Assembly (NCBI GenBank): GCA_964497535.1
Contig: CAZCCG010000002.1
Span: 169,297 to 233,296, forward strand
Source: an uncultured Gammaproteobacteria bacterium
GTDB lineage: Bacteria > Patescibacteriota > Microgenomatia > Levybacterales > UBA12049
Reading direction: 5' to 3'
Length of the DNA stretch: 64,000 nucleotides
Shown here: positions 28,554 through 36,872 of the stretch, piece after piece
How positions within the stretch are numbered: position 1 is the stretch's first letter
Layout of the letters: the number at the start of each line of letters is the position of its first letter
Notes under the pieces: model-generated
Told to the model about the DNA's origin: nothing
The model's input: the letters and a program-made list of their open reading frames with translations, nothing else
The model's database searches: none
Translations under genes and position numbers: made by a program

Positions 28554-29543
28554 TTACATTCCTACTCCATACACATTCATCATCAAATGAACTCCGCATT
28601 TTTTTAACACTTCATTTTTTGCCAATTGAACAAGGGCAACAACATCCGTTGCGCTAGCATTCCCTAAATTTACAATAAAATTCATATAGAGACCTGAAAT
28701 AATAGCATCTCCCACTTTTATATCTTTTACGCCCGATTTTCCCATCAGATGACCCGCAGAGACAATTTTATCAGGAACTTGAATCTGAGTTGACTCTTCA
28801 ACTGAGGTATTGCGAAAGGTACATCCTGATGTTTCTTTTGGTTGTGATGCACTTCGGTGCTGCAGAGCCTGAGTTCCTCGTTCCCATAGCAATTTTTTAT
28901 CCATGGGACTAAATTTAAAAATAACAGATAATACAATTTCTTTTGTTTGCTGCAAGATACTCTTGTCATACCCAAAGTTAAAATAGGATGAGTCTACTTC
29001 TTTTACTTCTCCCTCATGGGTAAGCAGACGTACCCGATATACACAATCACCTACAAATGCGCTTGCTTTCTCCCAATTGGAATTCATACAAATCCCACCT
29101 CCGACAGTCCCGGGAAGACCCAATTGATATTCAATACCGGAAAGTCCTTGTTCTATAGTAAAACGTACCAGTTGATTCATAATTGTTCCTCCTTCGGCAT
29201 ATACGTACGCATTATTGACATCCATTTTCCATCCTTCAGCTTTATTCTGCATTTTACCAGTCATACTCATGACGTCAAATTTTCGGCAGTTATTTTTGAT
29301 TACTAACCCCTTGAAACCGCTATCTGAAACAACCACGTTGGAACCTCCCCCCAGGATAAAAACTTCAATATCGTTTTCATAACATGTTTTTACCAGCTGA
29401 ATAATTTCATCAATTTTTTCGGTATCAATATAAAACTGGGCGGGACCACCAATTTTAAGTGTGGTATGCAACTTCATGGGTTCATCCAATCTCAACCTGT
29501 TCTGTCCCACAATTTGTTCTAATGCTTTTCTTTTCTTATCCAT
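28554..29543 (-). CDS. murB: UDP-N-acetylenolpyruvoylglucosamine reductase
   Basis: FAD-binding N-terminus KLHTTLKIGGPAQFY, MurB C-terminal domain; 329 aa. Confidence 0.9.
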   Translation of the reverse strand: MDKKRKALEQIVGQNRLRLDEPMKLHTTLKIGGPAQFYIDTEKIDEIIQLVKTCYENDIEVFILGGGSNVVVSDSGFKGLVIKNNCRKFDVMSMTGKMQNKAEGWKMDVNNAYVYAEGGTIMNQLVRFTIEQGLSGIEYQLGLPGTVGGGICMNSNWEKASAFVGDCVYRVRLLTHEGEVKEVDSSYFNFGYDKSILQQTKEIVLSVIFKFSPMDKKLLWERGTQALQHRSASQPKETSGCTFRNTSVEESTQIQVPDKIVSAGHLMGKSGVKDIKVGDAIISGLYMNFIVNLGNASATDVVALVQLAKNEVLKKCGVHLMMNVYGVGM

Positions 29544-29545
29544 AA

Positions 29546-30973
29546 TTATTTTACGCTTTGCATTTTTAGTTTCTCGCTTATTTTGTATACATCTCCTGCT
29601 CCCATCGTCAGAATGATTGTATCCTTGGGATAGGCTTTTTTGTTGATATATTCTACCACAGATGAACTTGTGGGTAAAAAGGTGACATTCTTATGTACTG
29701 AGGCCATATCCTGGGCTAACTTTTGAGAAGTTATTGTAGAATCAAGCTCCTCCCTCATTGACGCATAAATAGGAAGCAAAATAACAGTGTCGGCTTTATC
29801 AAAGGCTTTTAAAAAATCCGGATATAATTCTTTTGTTCGTGAATAGGTATGGGGTTGAAAAATGCAGACGATTTTGTGTTTGGGATAACTGTTGGCAAAG
29901 GCAATAAGCGTTTTTTTGATTTCCGTAGGATGGTGGGCATAATCATCAAAAAGTTGAGCTCCACCGACCAATTCACCCCTATATTCCGCTCGCCGCTTGC
30001 TCCCAACAAAATTTGGCAATGCTTTTTTAATAGTATCGATAGAAATCCCGGATTCAAAAGCTGTAATGATAGCTGCCAATGCATTCAGTGCATTATGCTC
30101 ACCCAATACGCGGACAAAAAACTCACCCAAGGAAGTTCCATATGCATCTACCCAAAAACTTGTCCGATTTGCAGAAAGCGATATATGTTTTATGACATAA
30201 TCATTGGAAGGAGAAAATCCATAGGTAATAGACTTCCCATTGTACTGTTTTAAAAGTATTTGTACTTGAGGATCATCACCGCAGGCAATTACTAGACCAT
30301 CAGTAGGAAGATTTTGGAGAAATTCCAAGAACGCATGACGCAAATCATCAACCGTATGATAAAAATCAGTATGATCCAATTCAATATTAGTAACAACCGC
30401 GATTTTGGGATGTTGCCATAAAAATTTTGTTGTCTGATCATGTATCGGATCTGTCGCATATTCATCAGCTTCGGCAATAAAATACATTCCCTTTCCTTTA
30501 TGACCGGGTTTACCCAACGATGGAACAGAAGCGGTTCCAATAACATATGATGGTTGACGTTTGGCCTGCTCAAATAAGGTTGCAACCATAGCAGTTGTCG
30601 TTGTCTTTCCATGCGTTCCTGCCACAGAGATACCGATATATTTTTTATGAAAGATATCTCCTTTCATAAATTCTCCTACCGCTTGCCCTTGTAACCATAC
30701 CGGAATGCCTTTTTCTTTCGCTGCAATTACTTCTACATTGTCATAACCACCATGTGCTCCCGTAGTAATAACAAGCTGTGCCCCATCAATATGGGATGGA
30801 TCAAAACCCACCAATGGGATAATACCGGCTTCTTGTAAGATACTGTCTGTAATAAAAGTTTCGACAATATCCGACCCTGTCACCACAAATCCGGCTTCTT
30901 TTGCAATAATTGCCAAAGGAGTCATGCCAACCCCCTTAATTCCAACAAAATGGATATGTTTAATTCTTTTCAT
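29546..30973 (-). CDS. murC: UDP-N-acetylmuramate--L-alanine ligase
   Basis: IHFVGIKGVGMTPLAII (MurC N-domain), GTHGKTTTT P-loop; 475 aa. Confidence 0.92.
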   Translation of the reverse strand: MKRIKHIHFVGIKGVGMTPLAIIAKEAGFVVTGSDIVETFITDSILQEAGIIPLVGFDPSHIDGAQLVITTGAHGGYDNVEVIAAKEKGIPVWLQGQAVGEFMKGDIFHKKYIGISVAGTHGKTTTTAMVATLFEQAKRQPSYVIGTASVPSLGKPGHKGKGMYFIAEADEYATDPIHDQTTKFLWQHPKIAVVTNIELDHTDFYHTVDDLRHAFLEFLQNLPTDGLVIACGDDPQVQILLKQYNGKSITYGFSPSNDYVIKHISLSANRTSFWVDAYGTSLGEFFVRVLGEHNALNALAAIITAFESGISIDTIKKALPNFVGSKRRAEYRGELVGGAQLFDDYAHHPTEIKKTLIAFANSYPKHKIVCIFQPHTYSRTKELYPDFLKAFDKADTVILLPIYASMREELDSTITSQKLAQDMASVHKNVTFLPTSSSVVEYINKKAYPKDTIILTMGAGDVYKISEKLKMQSVK

Positions 30974-31698
30974 ACCATGCCGATTATTCCTGCAAATACT
31001 TTATGGTTCTTTTTAACATGTTGTTTGCGATAGGAGTAGAATATATCAGCATTATCACGAGTACATATCTCTAAATCTTCAATGTTTTCTCTCTGAATGC
31101 CCATTGATACTAATTGATGATAGATAATCGTTTGTAAACTGAGGAAATTCTGATCATTTTTTTTAAGCAGAAAATCATTTCCATACTCATGGAATTTTTT
31201 TTGAAATAATTGTGCCACATCATGGGAAACAATATAACAACATATTCGTATTGAAGGCCCAATACCAACCAAAATATCCTTGGGATCAGATCCATGTTTG
31301 ATCAAATCCAGTAGAAGATGCCGCACAACCTCATGATATGTCCCCCTCCATCCGCTATGGACAATTCCAATCATCTTTAAATGAGTATCATAAAACAAAA
31401 CCGGCACACAATCGGCAAATGTACCATACAAAAATGTTTGTGGTACATTGGACCATAAGCTATCTACCCCATCAATAATTTTTCCTTTATCAATGTTCTT
31501 AGCTTGATAAACACTATTCCCATGAATTTGTTCCATTCCAATGCTATCTTCTGTTGAAATTCCCACCAGTTCAGCCAAGGATCGAATGGAACTAACTCCT
31601 TTTCCACCAGAGGCCATATTGCCAAGAAGAATAGTCGAGAACCCATGCACTAAGCCGGGAATATTTGATAATTTTTTTACTGTATATATTGAATCCAT
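30970..31698 (-). CDS. pgeF: Peptidoglycan editing factor PgeF / YfiH (DUF152, laccase-domain) family protein
   Basis: HGNSVY, ADCVPVLFYD, HSGWRG motifs of the YfiH/PgeF family. Confidence 0.8.
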   Translation of the reverse strand: MDSIYTVKKLSNIPGLVHGFSTILLGNMASGGKGVSSIRSLAELVGISTEDSIGMEQIHGNSVYQAKNIDKGKIIDGVDSLWSNVPQTFLYGTFADCVPVLFYDTHLKMIGIVHSGWRGTYHEVVRHLLLDLIKHGSDPKDILVGIGPSIRICCYIVSHDVAQLFQKKFHEYGNDFLLKKNDQNFLSLQTIIYHQLVSMGIQRENIEDLEICTRDNADIFYSYRKQHVKKNHKVFAGIIGMV

Positions 31699-31707
31699 TT
31701 TGATTAC

Positions 31708-32919
31708 TTACTGAGAAATGTTACTCAGTGCTTCTTGTACTGCCTGGTGTTCGCTATAGGGAAGTTCTTTTCCATTATAATTCATTGACTTTTCATGCCC
31801 TTTTCCAAGGAGCAAAACAATGTCTCCTTTTTTTGCTAATTTGGTAATGATAAAGTTAATTGCTTCTGTTCTGTTTGGAATTTTAAATAATGTTTTATTC
31901 TTAATTCTTGATTCATAATTCTTAATTCCTGATTGAATCTCATTGATAATCTTCATCGGGTCCTCCCGTCTTGGATCCTCATCTGTCAAAACAATAGTGT
32001 CGGCAATCCTACCAGCAATTTCTCCCATCATAGGACGTTTCAATACATCTCTTTCTGAAGCACTTCCTAACATTACAATGATTTTTCCATCTTTTTTTAT
32101 TTGCGCTTTTGCTGCTTCTAAAATTCCTTGCACAGCATCGGGCTTATGGGCAAAATCAATAATAACTCGGAAATCTTTTCCGGTAGGGACTTCCTCAAAC
32201 CGCCCGGCAAGGTTAGTAACATTTTCAAGCGCATGTTTTATTGTTTTTTCCGGCACACCCAGAATCGTACCGACGGCGGCGGCTGCTAATGCATCCAATA
32301 AATTAAAATCTCCGGGTAGCTTTATATGGAGATTTAGTTTTTTTTGCGTAATATCACCCTCATTTAAGCCAAAGGTAATTGCCTTTTTCTGTACATCGTC
32401 AAACCCTACCGCTTCTTTCAGTTCATCCTTGATTCCCTTGAAGGGAAGGACTACTTTTTTTGCGTTATGAAGGAGAATAAATTTTGCTTTTGCGTAATTT
32501 TCAAACGTTTTATGGTAATCCAAATGTTCATGGGCAAGAGTTGTTAATACACCGATTGAAAAAGGAATAAATGCCGCCCTATTTTGATGCAATGCGTGAG
32601 ATGACACTTCCAGAACAAAATATCTATCACCCTGATCCACTGCTTGACGTAAATATTTGGGAAGTGTCTGAGGATCAGGAGTTGTTACATGAAATCCGGT
32701 ATCATAATCGATACCCCCGACAACTGCTTTGATAGACGAAAGAAGAGAAACCTTATATCCTGCAGCTTTTAGGAGTTCATATACCATATGGGTTGTAGTG
32801 GTTTTACCGCTCGTACCGGTAATTCCAATCACAGTAAGCTGTTTTCCGGGAAAACGATAGTAAAGATGAGCGAGAAAAGCAGTCGCAAGATGATATAAAT
32901 TTTTAAAGTCTTGCCACAT
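31708..32919 (-). CDS. murE: Mur ligase family protein, MurE-like (short, lacks canonical N-terminal domain); could alternatively be murD
   Basis: P-loop GITGTSGKTTTTHMV, C-terminal GKGHE motif as in MurE/MurF; contains a 21-nt in-frame tandem duplication at 31898–31939. Confidence 0.65.
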   Translation of the reverse strand: MWQDFKNLYHLATAFLAHLYYRFPGKQLTVIGITGTSGKTTTTHMVYELLKAAGYKVSLLSSIKAVVGGIDYDTGFHVTTPDPQTLPKYLRQAVDQGDRYFVLEVSSHALHQNRAAFIPFSIGVLTTLAHEHLDYHKTFENYAKAKFILLHNAKKVVLPFKGIKDELKEAVGFDDVQKKAITFGLNEGDITQKKLNLHIKLPGDFNLLDALAAAAVGTILGVPEKTIKHALENVTNLAGRFEEVPTGKDFRVIIDFAHKPDAVQGILEAAKAQIKKDGKIIVMLGSASERDVLKRPMMGEIAGRIADTIVLTDEDPRREDPMKIINEIQSGIKNYESRIKNKTLFKIPNRTEAINFIITKLAKKGDIVLLLGKGHEKSMNYNGKELPYSEHQAVQEALSNISQ

Positions 32920-33028
32920 AATGGTAATGTATCAAATTGTATTTTTTATATTATAGCTGAAATACCGACACCGTGCAGACTTGGAAAACCCTTCGTAATA
33001 CCAAAAAATCACCGTCGGAAAATAAAGC

Positions 33029-33060
33029 GGGCAAGGAACAGCCTACACTATTCCTTGCCC
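33029..33060 (-). terminator. Hairpin (10-bp stem GGGCAAGGAA/TTCCTTGCCC, 12-nt loop) downstream of island gene, weak U-run
   Basis: Read directly; lies 31 nt downstream of the minus-strand stop at 33092. Confidence 0.4.
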
Positions 33061-33091
33061 AGTGAGAAGATTGAAACCACTCAGTGGCTGA

Positions 33092-33781
33092 TCACCCCTT
33101 GACAGAATCTTTGTTGGAAGACAACAAACCTACTCTAGTCATCTCGGTATGGAACCGCATCCATCCATCATCAGTGTTAAGCCTGAGCTCTTCATACAAC
33201 TCTCTTAGCCCACCAGATATAGTTTCACGATCCAGGCTTCCTTCTCGTAGCGCTATCAACCGGTCGACACCGGTCAGAAGCTGTTGTTTGAAAATAGGGT
33301 GCGTTTCACTTCCAAGAGTTGCTTTCTTCTCAAGTATCTTGAGTAGAAAACGCTTCACCGAAGGTGAAACTCCCAATTGTCCTCCCCGTATTCGTGGCTT
33401 TCTCGGGTTAGTTCTAGTTCCCCTTTTGCGAACGTCAACGGGCTGGGGACGTGGACTGGAAATGGCCTGTTCTTGAAACGCCCGCCGGGCAGCCTGGTGT
33501 TCCTCAGGCAAAAGCTGATCGTCAAGAGCATGCAAAACCCCTGATGCCTGAATTGTTACAACTGATAATCGTACTTCTACAGAAGTGATTACTGACAAAG
33601 CCAGATATAGGGTTTCCCTTATCTCAGTATCACTAAATATCCTTTCTTTGTATCGTCTCAGCTGCATTAGTGTAGGATTTAGATTGTTGGCTACCTGAGT
33701 AAGGTGGTCAGCGTGCTCAAGCAGATCTTTTTGGAAAGCTTCAAGTTGTCTCATTGCCTCATCCACCAACGTTACAGACAT
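33092..33781 (-). CDS. Hypothetical protein (229 aa), GC-rich island
   Basis: High-GC ORF, Arg/Pro-rich central linker; no homology recognised. Confidence 0.5.
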   Translation of the reverse strand: MSVTLVDEAMRQLEAFQKDLLEHADHLTQVANNLNPTLMQLRRYKERIFSDTEIRETLYLALSVITSVEVRLSVVTIQASGVLHALDDQLLPEEHQAARRAFQEQAISSPRPQPVDVRKRGTRTNPRKPRIRGGQLGVSPSVKRFLLKILEKKATLGSETHPIFKQQLLTGVDRLIALREGSLDRETISGGLRELYEELRLNTDDGWMRFHTEMTRVGLLSSNKDSVKG

Positions 33782-34030
33782 GAGTACCTCCTTCTGTCAT
33801 ACCCTCCACGTTTTATCAGAAAGTGTGTTGGTTTTCTCCTCTCACTTGTAAATGTACCCTAAACCACAAAGCCAAAACACAAGGTTTTGGCAGCAGTTAT
33901 ATGTGAAAATCTCTCACTGGTATCAATCCGTATTGATGCCAGAATCAAGATTGTGAGAGAGGGTCTTGATAGATATCTTCCTCAAACGTCAAGCCGCATA
34001 TATGGCTTGTGTGTGGAAAGTATCTTGGGT

Positions 34031-34063
34031 GGGTTGGGGCCGAGTCTAACTCGGCCCCAACCC
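34031..34063 (-). terminator. Very stable GC hairpin (14-bp perfect stem GGGTTGGGGCCGAG/CTCGGCCCCAACCC, loop TCTAA) without U-tract
   Basis: Read directly; 16 nt downstream of the minus-strand stop at 34079; resembles U-tract-less terminators of high-GC bacteria. Confidence 0.5.
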
Positions 34064-34078
34064 GGATATGTAATGCAG

Positions 34079-34825
34079 TCAGGACGCTTTGTTCCTGCCG
34101 CTGGGCAAAACGACACCCCACTGCCTGAGCAGTTTGATGAAGTTGCCCTCGCCCATGCTGCGCACTACTTCCCGCAGAGAAGCAGCATCCCGGCTAACCG
34201 GTGCATCTGAGGTCAAGCAGACTAAGGCACTGCGTAAATCCCGGCAGATGACGCTCGCCTGCTTATCAGCGATATCGTCACCAACCACGATATCCACCAG
34301 ACCGTACTGACCTTTAACAGCCAACCGCACGATATGGGTACGCCACCCCTGACCGTACATCAGCTCCATTACCGCCTCCATGCTCTTGGGAAGCGGTTTG
34401 TTACCCCGATGCATCAGGATCTTTCGAAGGATGGAGCGAGCCAACAGCGGAATCCCCTTCGTCCGTTGCGGGATAGCAGGAGTTACTGCTGGCGCGGCCA
34501 CCGGTGGGGCAGGGGGAGCCGGCGGAGAGACAGGCGGTGTCACGGAACGACCTCCGCTCTGCCTGGCTCGGGAAACTGCATGATGAGGCGCAGACGCGGT
34601 CCCCAGATCATACTGGATCTCCGATAGTGCCCGCTGCGCTTCACTGATTGCTGCAGAAAGTTGACGTGCACTACGGCGACCCTTCTGAGGTCGCTCAACA
34701 AGTGCGAGAACCTTCTGTGCCGCCACATGGTAGCGTTGACTCTCTGCCTGAAGCTGAGCCGCGATACTACGCAGCGGCCTGAAAGTCTTCTCCTCAAACA
34801 ACGATACATCTGGCTTGGCCATCAC
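34079..34825 (-). CDS. Hypothetical protein with Pro/Ala-rich linker (PPAPPAPPVAAPAVTP) and C-terminal ~110-aa domain, GC-rich island
   Basis: High-GC ORF; no homology recognised. Confidence 0.5.
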   Translation of the reverse strand: MMAKPDVSLFEEKTFRPLRSIAAQLQAESQRYHVAAQKVLALVERPQKGRRSARQLSAAISEAQRALSEIQYDLGTASAPHHAVSRARQSGGRSVTPPVSPPAPPAPPVAAPAVTPAIPQRTKGIPLLARSILRKILMHRGNKPLPKSMEAVMELMYGQGWRTHIVRLAVKGQYGLVDIVVGDDIADKQASVICRDLRSALVCLTSDAPVSRDAASLREVVRSMGEGNFIKLLRQWGVVLPSGRNKAS

Positions 34826-34916
34826 TTCTTCCTTCCACTATTCGTAGGAGACATGGCGCGATGCCATATCTCATGGAGGTTTGGTAACACTCCCCATCCA
34901 CATCAGAGGATCCTTT

Positions 34917-36872
34917 CTAGCGCTTGCGGCCGCTCGGCCGACTGACGCGCTGCTTCGACCTCCCATACAGGAGGAAGGCATTGCGATGATGCTCAGCTGG
35001 ATCCCGGGTCGGCAAGGTGACCTCAGTCACCGCCATAGCGGCACTGAGCATAACCAGGTCCCGCTGCTGTTCGATATCTCGAGCAGCGATAGCAGCAGCC
35101 AAAGCTTCTGCTTCCTGGTTTACGATTACCCAACCCAGATCCATTTCATCGACGCTATACGGCTTGTCAGGATCATCCAAGGGGGAAATCCGAACCCGTA
35201 TAGAAGGATGTAGGTGAACCTCCTCAGGAGAAGGAGTCCTCTTGGGTAAACCTGTCTCGATGTAGAAGGTGGCTCTGTGGCCAGGATCCAGAGGAGACAG
35301 GTAGAAGGTGATACTGTTGCGGCCGCTCACCTTAAAGGGTGGCGGGACCGTAACTGAAACCACATATTTCCCATGCGGCTTCTTCCCGTAGGTGATGCGT
35401 CCTCCTTCCTGGGTTACCCTGACAGGTTCCCCTTCCAGGAAGATACGCACACCCATGACGGGTTGACCCCACTCATCAATCGCCCTGATGATCACTCGAT
35501 CTGACAGGGGATCAATTGGTGGGTCTACGATAACTCCTTTCTCTTTCCTCCGGCGAGTCTCTTTCCGAGTCTCACCGGGACCGGGGACCAGGAGGGCATC
35601 TCTAAAGATGTCCATTTCTCCCATGGCTTCGGTAATCGCATTCCCCACGTCTTCGCCGACCTTGTGGATCTGCTCGTCGTTTTGTCGGCGGCGAATCTCC
35701 TCAGAGGCCTTTTTGATCTCCGGCTCGAGCTTCTTCAGCTCATCTACCAGAAGATCAAGAATCTCAGACGGCTGGGGAGCACTCTTGCGAGAGTTCCATG
35801 GAAAGACAGTGTCAGGCAAGTCGGGCGCGCTGACAAACCCGTTCAACTCAGTCCATGGGGGACTATTGAATTGAGGCAGACTTGTCAAGTCGTTCACCCG
35901 GGACCCGGCCCGACGCAGGTCAAGCTGATGTTGCCCGCGCTTTACTTCAACCTCCAGATAGAGATCCACCTCGAAGGTAATATCAGTTCCATACAGACGA
36001 AGTGTCCGATGAGGAATGATATTCACACCCCGATACTTGGTAGCCTCTACCGGGATGATGCGTCCGGTCTTGGTCTTACGACCTTCCTCGGACACTCGAT
36101 CCACGATGACAAGCCGCAGCCGGTCAATCCGGATATCTTCGCTGAAGCGGCTGGAGAATGCGTCCCTGAGCAACCACGGCCGCAGGGCAGCTTCTACCCG
36201 ATCTTTGAACTCAACAACTTCTACTTGAGTCCCGGATCGAAGTTCTTTACCGGTTTCCGGATCCCTCAGGACTACATCCACCTCTTCAATTGTATATTTG
36301 CGGTCGTTGACTGCTAACATCTCTGCAGTTGGCGCTACGAGAAGACAGGTAGGGACCTCCCAGGGATGGAACTTCCGACCCCAGAATTCCTCTGCCATGT
36401 CAACTGTCGCCCTCGTGTACCATACAGCCCGGTTCCCTATGGAAGTGAATCCTAGGATACCCAAGCCCTTGGTTCCTCGTACCCGCTTACGCGGCTTATG
36501 CCGCTTAAATGAGTATGCGGCACTCTGCATCATCATCTTAAAGGACTTCCAGGAGAGCTCGTGCTTGATCTCATCAGCCAGACTGAGGCTGTGGGCGGAA
36601 GGGACACCTTTTTTGATGTCCTCCAGAAGCATATCGAACAGAAGGTTATCGTCAGGCATGAGCGACGGCACCAGGCCATGCCCATTGCCTACGACGATGA
36701 GCTTACCTGGTTCTGTGATCACCCAAACGCGGTCGGCACCGGCATCGATTTCATTCTCAACCAGTTCCGCCGCGGCATCAATCGGCGAATCGTACAGTGC
36801 GCCGTGATGCAACATGGAGGCGCCGGGATTGATTTCCGCCGTCCCCTCATAGCGTTGGTAGCGTTGGTTCAT
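34917..36872 (-). CDS. GHKL-superfamily ATPase (MutL/MORC-like HATPase_c at extreme N-terminus) with C-terminal carboxypeptidase-regulatory-like beta-sandwich region
   Basis: N-box AAAELVENEIDAGA (ExxxNxxDAGA, as in MutL VKELVENSLDAGA), G1 VVGNGHGL, G2-like GTKGLGILGFTS; C-terminal IFLEGEPVRVTQEGGRITYGKKPHGKYVVSV pattern. Confidence 0.65.
   Translation of the reverse strand: MNQRYQRYEGTAEINPGASMLHHGALYDSPIDAAAELVENEIDAGADRVWVITEPGKLIVVGNGHGLVPSLMPDDNLLFDMLLEDIKKGVPSAHSLSLADEIKHELSWKSFKMMMQSAAYSFKRHKPRKRVRGTKGLGILGFTSIGNRAVWYTRATVDMAEEFWGRKFHPWEVPTCLLVAPTAEMLAVNDRKYTIEEVDVVLRDPETGKELRSGTQVEVVEFKDRVEAALRPWLLRDAFSSRFSEDIRIDRLRLVIVDRVSEEGRKTKTGRIIPVEATKYRGVNIIPHRTLRLYGTDITFEVDLYLEVEVKRGQHQLDLRRAGSRVNDLTSLPQFNSPPWTELNGFVSAPDLPDTVFPWNSRKSAPQPSEILDLLVDELKKLEPEIKKASEEIRRRQNDEQIHKVGEDVGNAITEAMGEMDIFRDALLVPGPGETRKETRRRKEKGVIVDPPIDPLSDRVIIRAIDEWGQPVMGVRIFLEGEPVRVTQEGGRITYGKKPHGKYVVSVTVPPPFKVSGRNSITFYLSPLDPGHRATFYIETGLPKRTPSPEEVHLHPSIRVRISPLDDPDKPYSVDEMDLGWVIVNQEAEALAAAIAARDIEQQRDLVMLSAAMAVTEVTLPTRDPAEHHRNAFLLYGRSKQRVSRPSGRKR

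Noticed and set aside
31943-32470. 175-aa plus-strand ORF inside the murE-like gene
   Set aside because: Shadow ORF antisense to a gene with clear Mur ligase motifs.
35664-36317. Several long plus-strand ORFs (217 aa, 128 aa, 169 aa, 104 aa) inside the GC-rich island
   Set aside because: High GC suppresses stop codons in all frames. These lie antisense to the GHKL-ATPase and repeat-protein genes, which have clear motifs, and are Arg/Ser/Pro-rich shadow ORFs.
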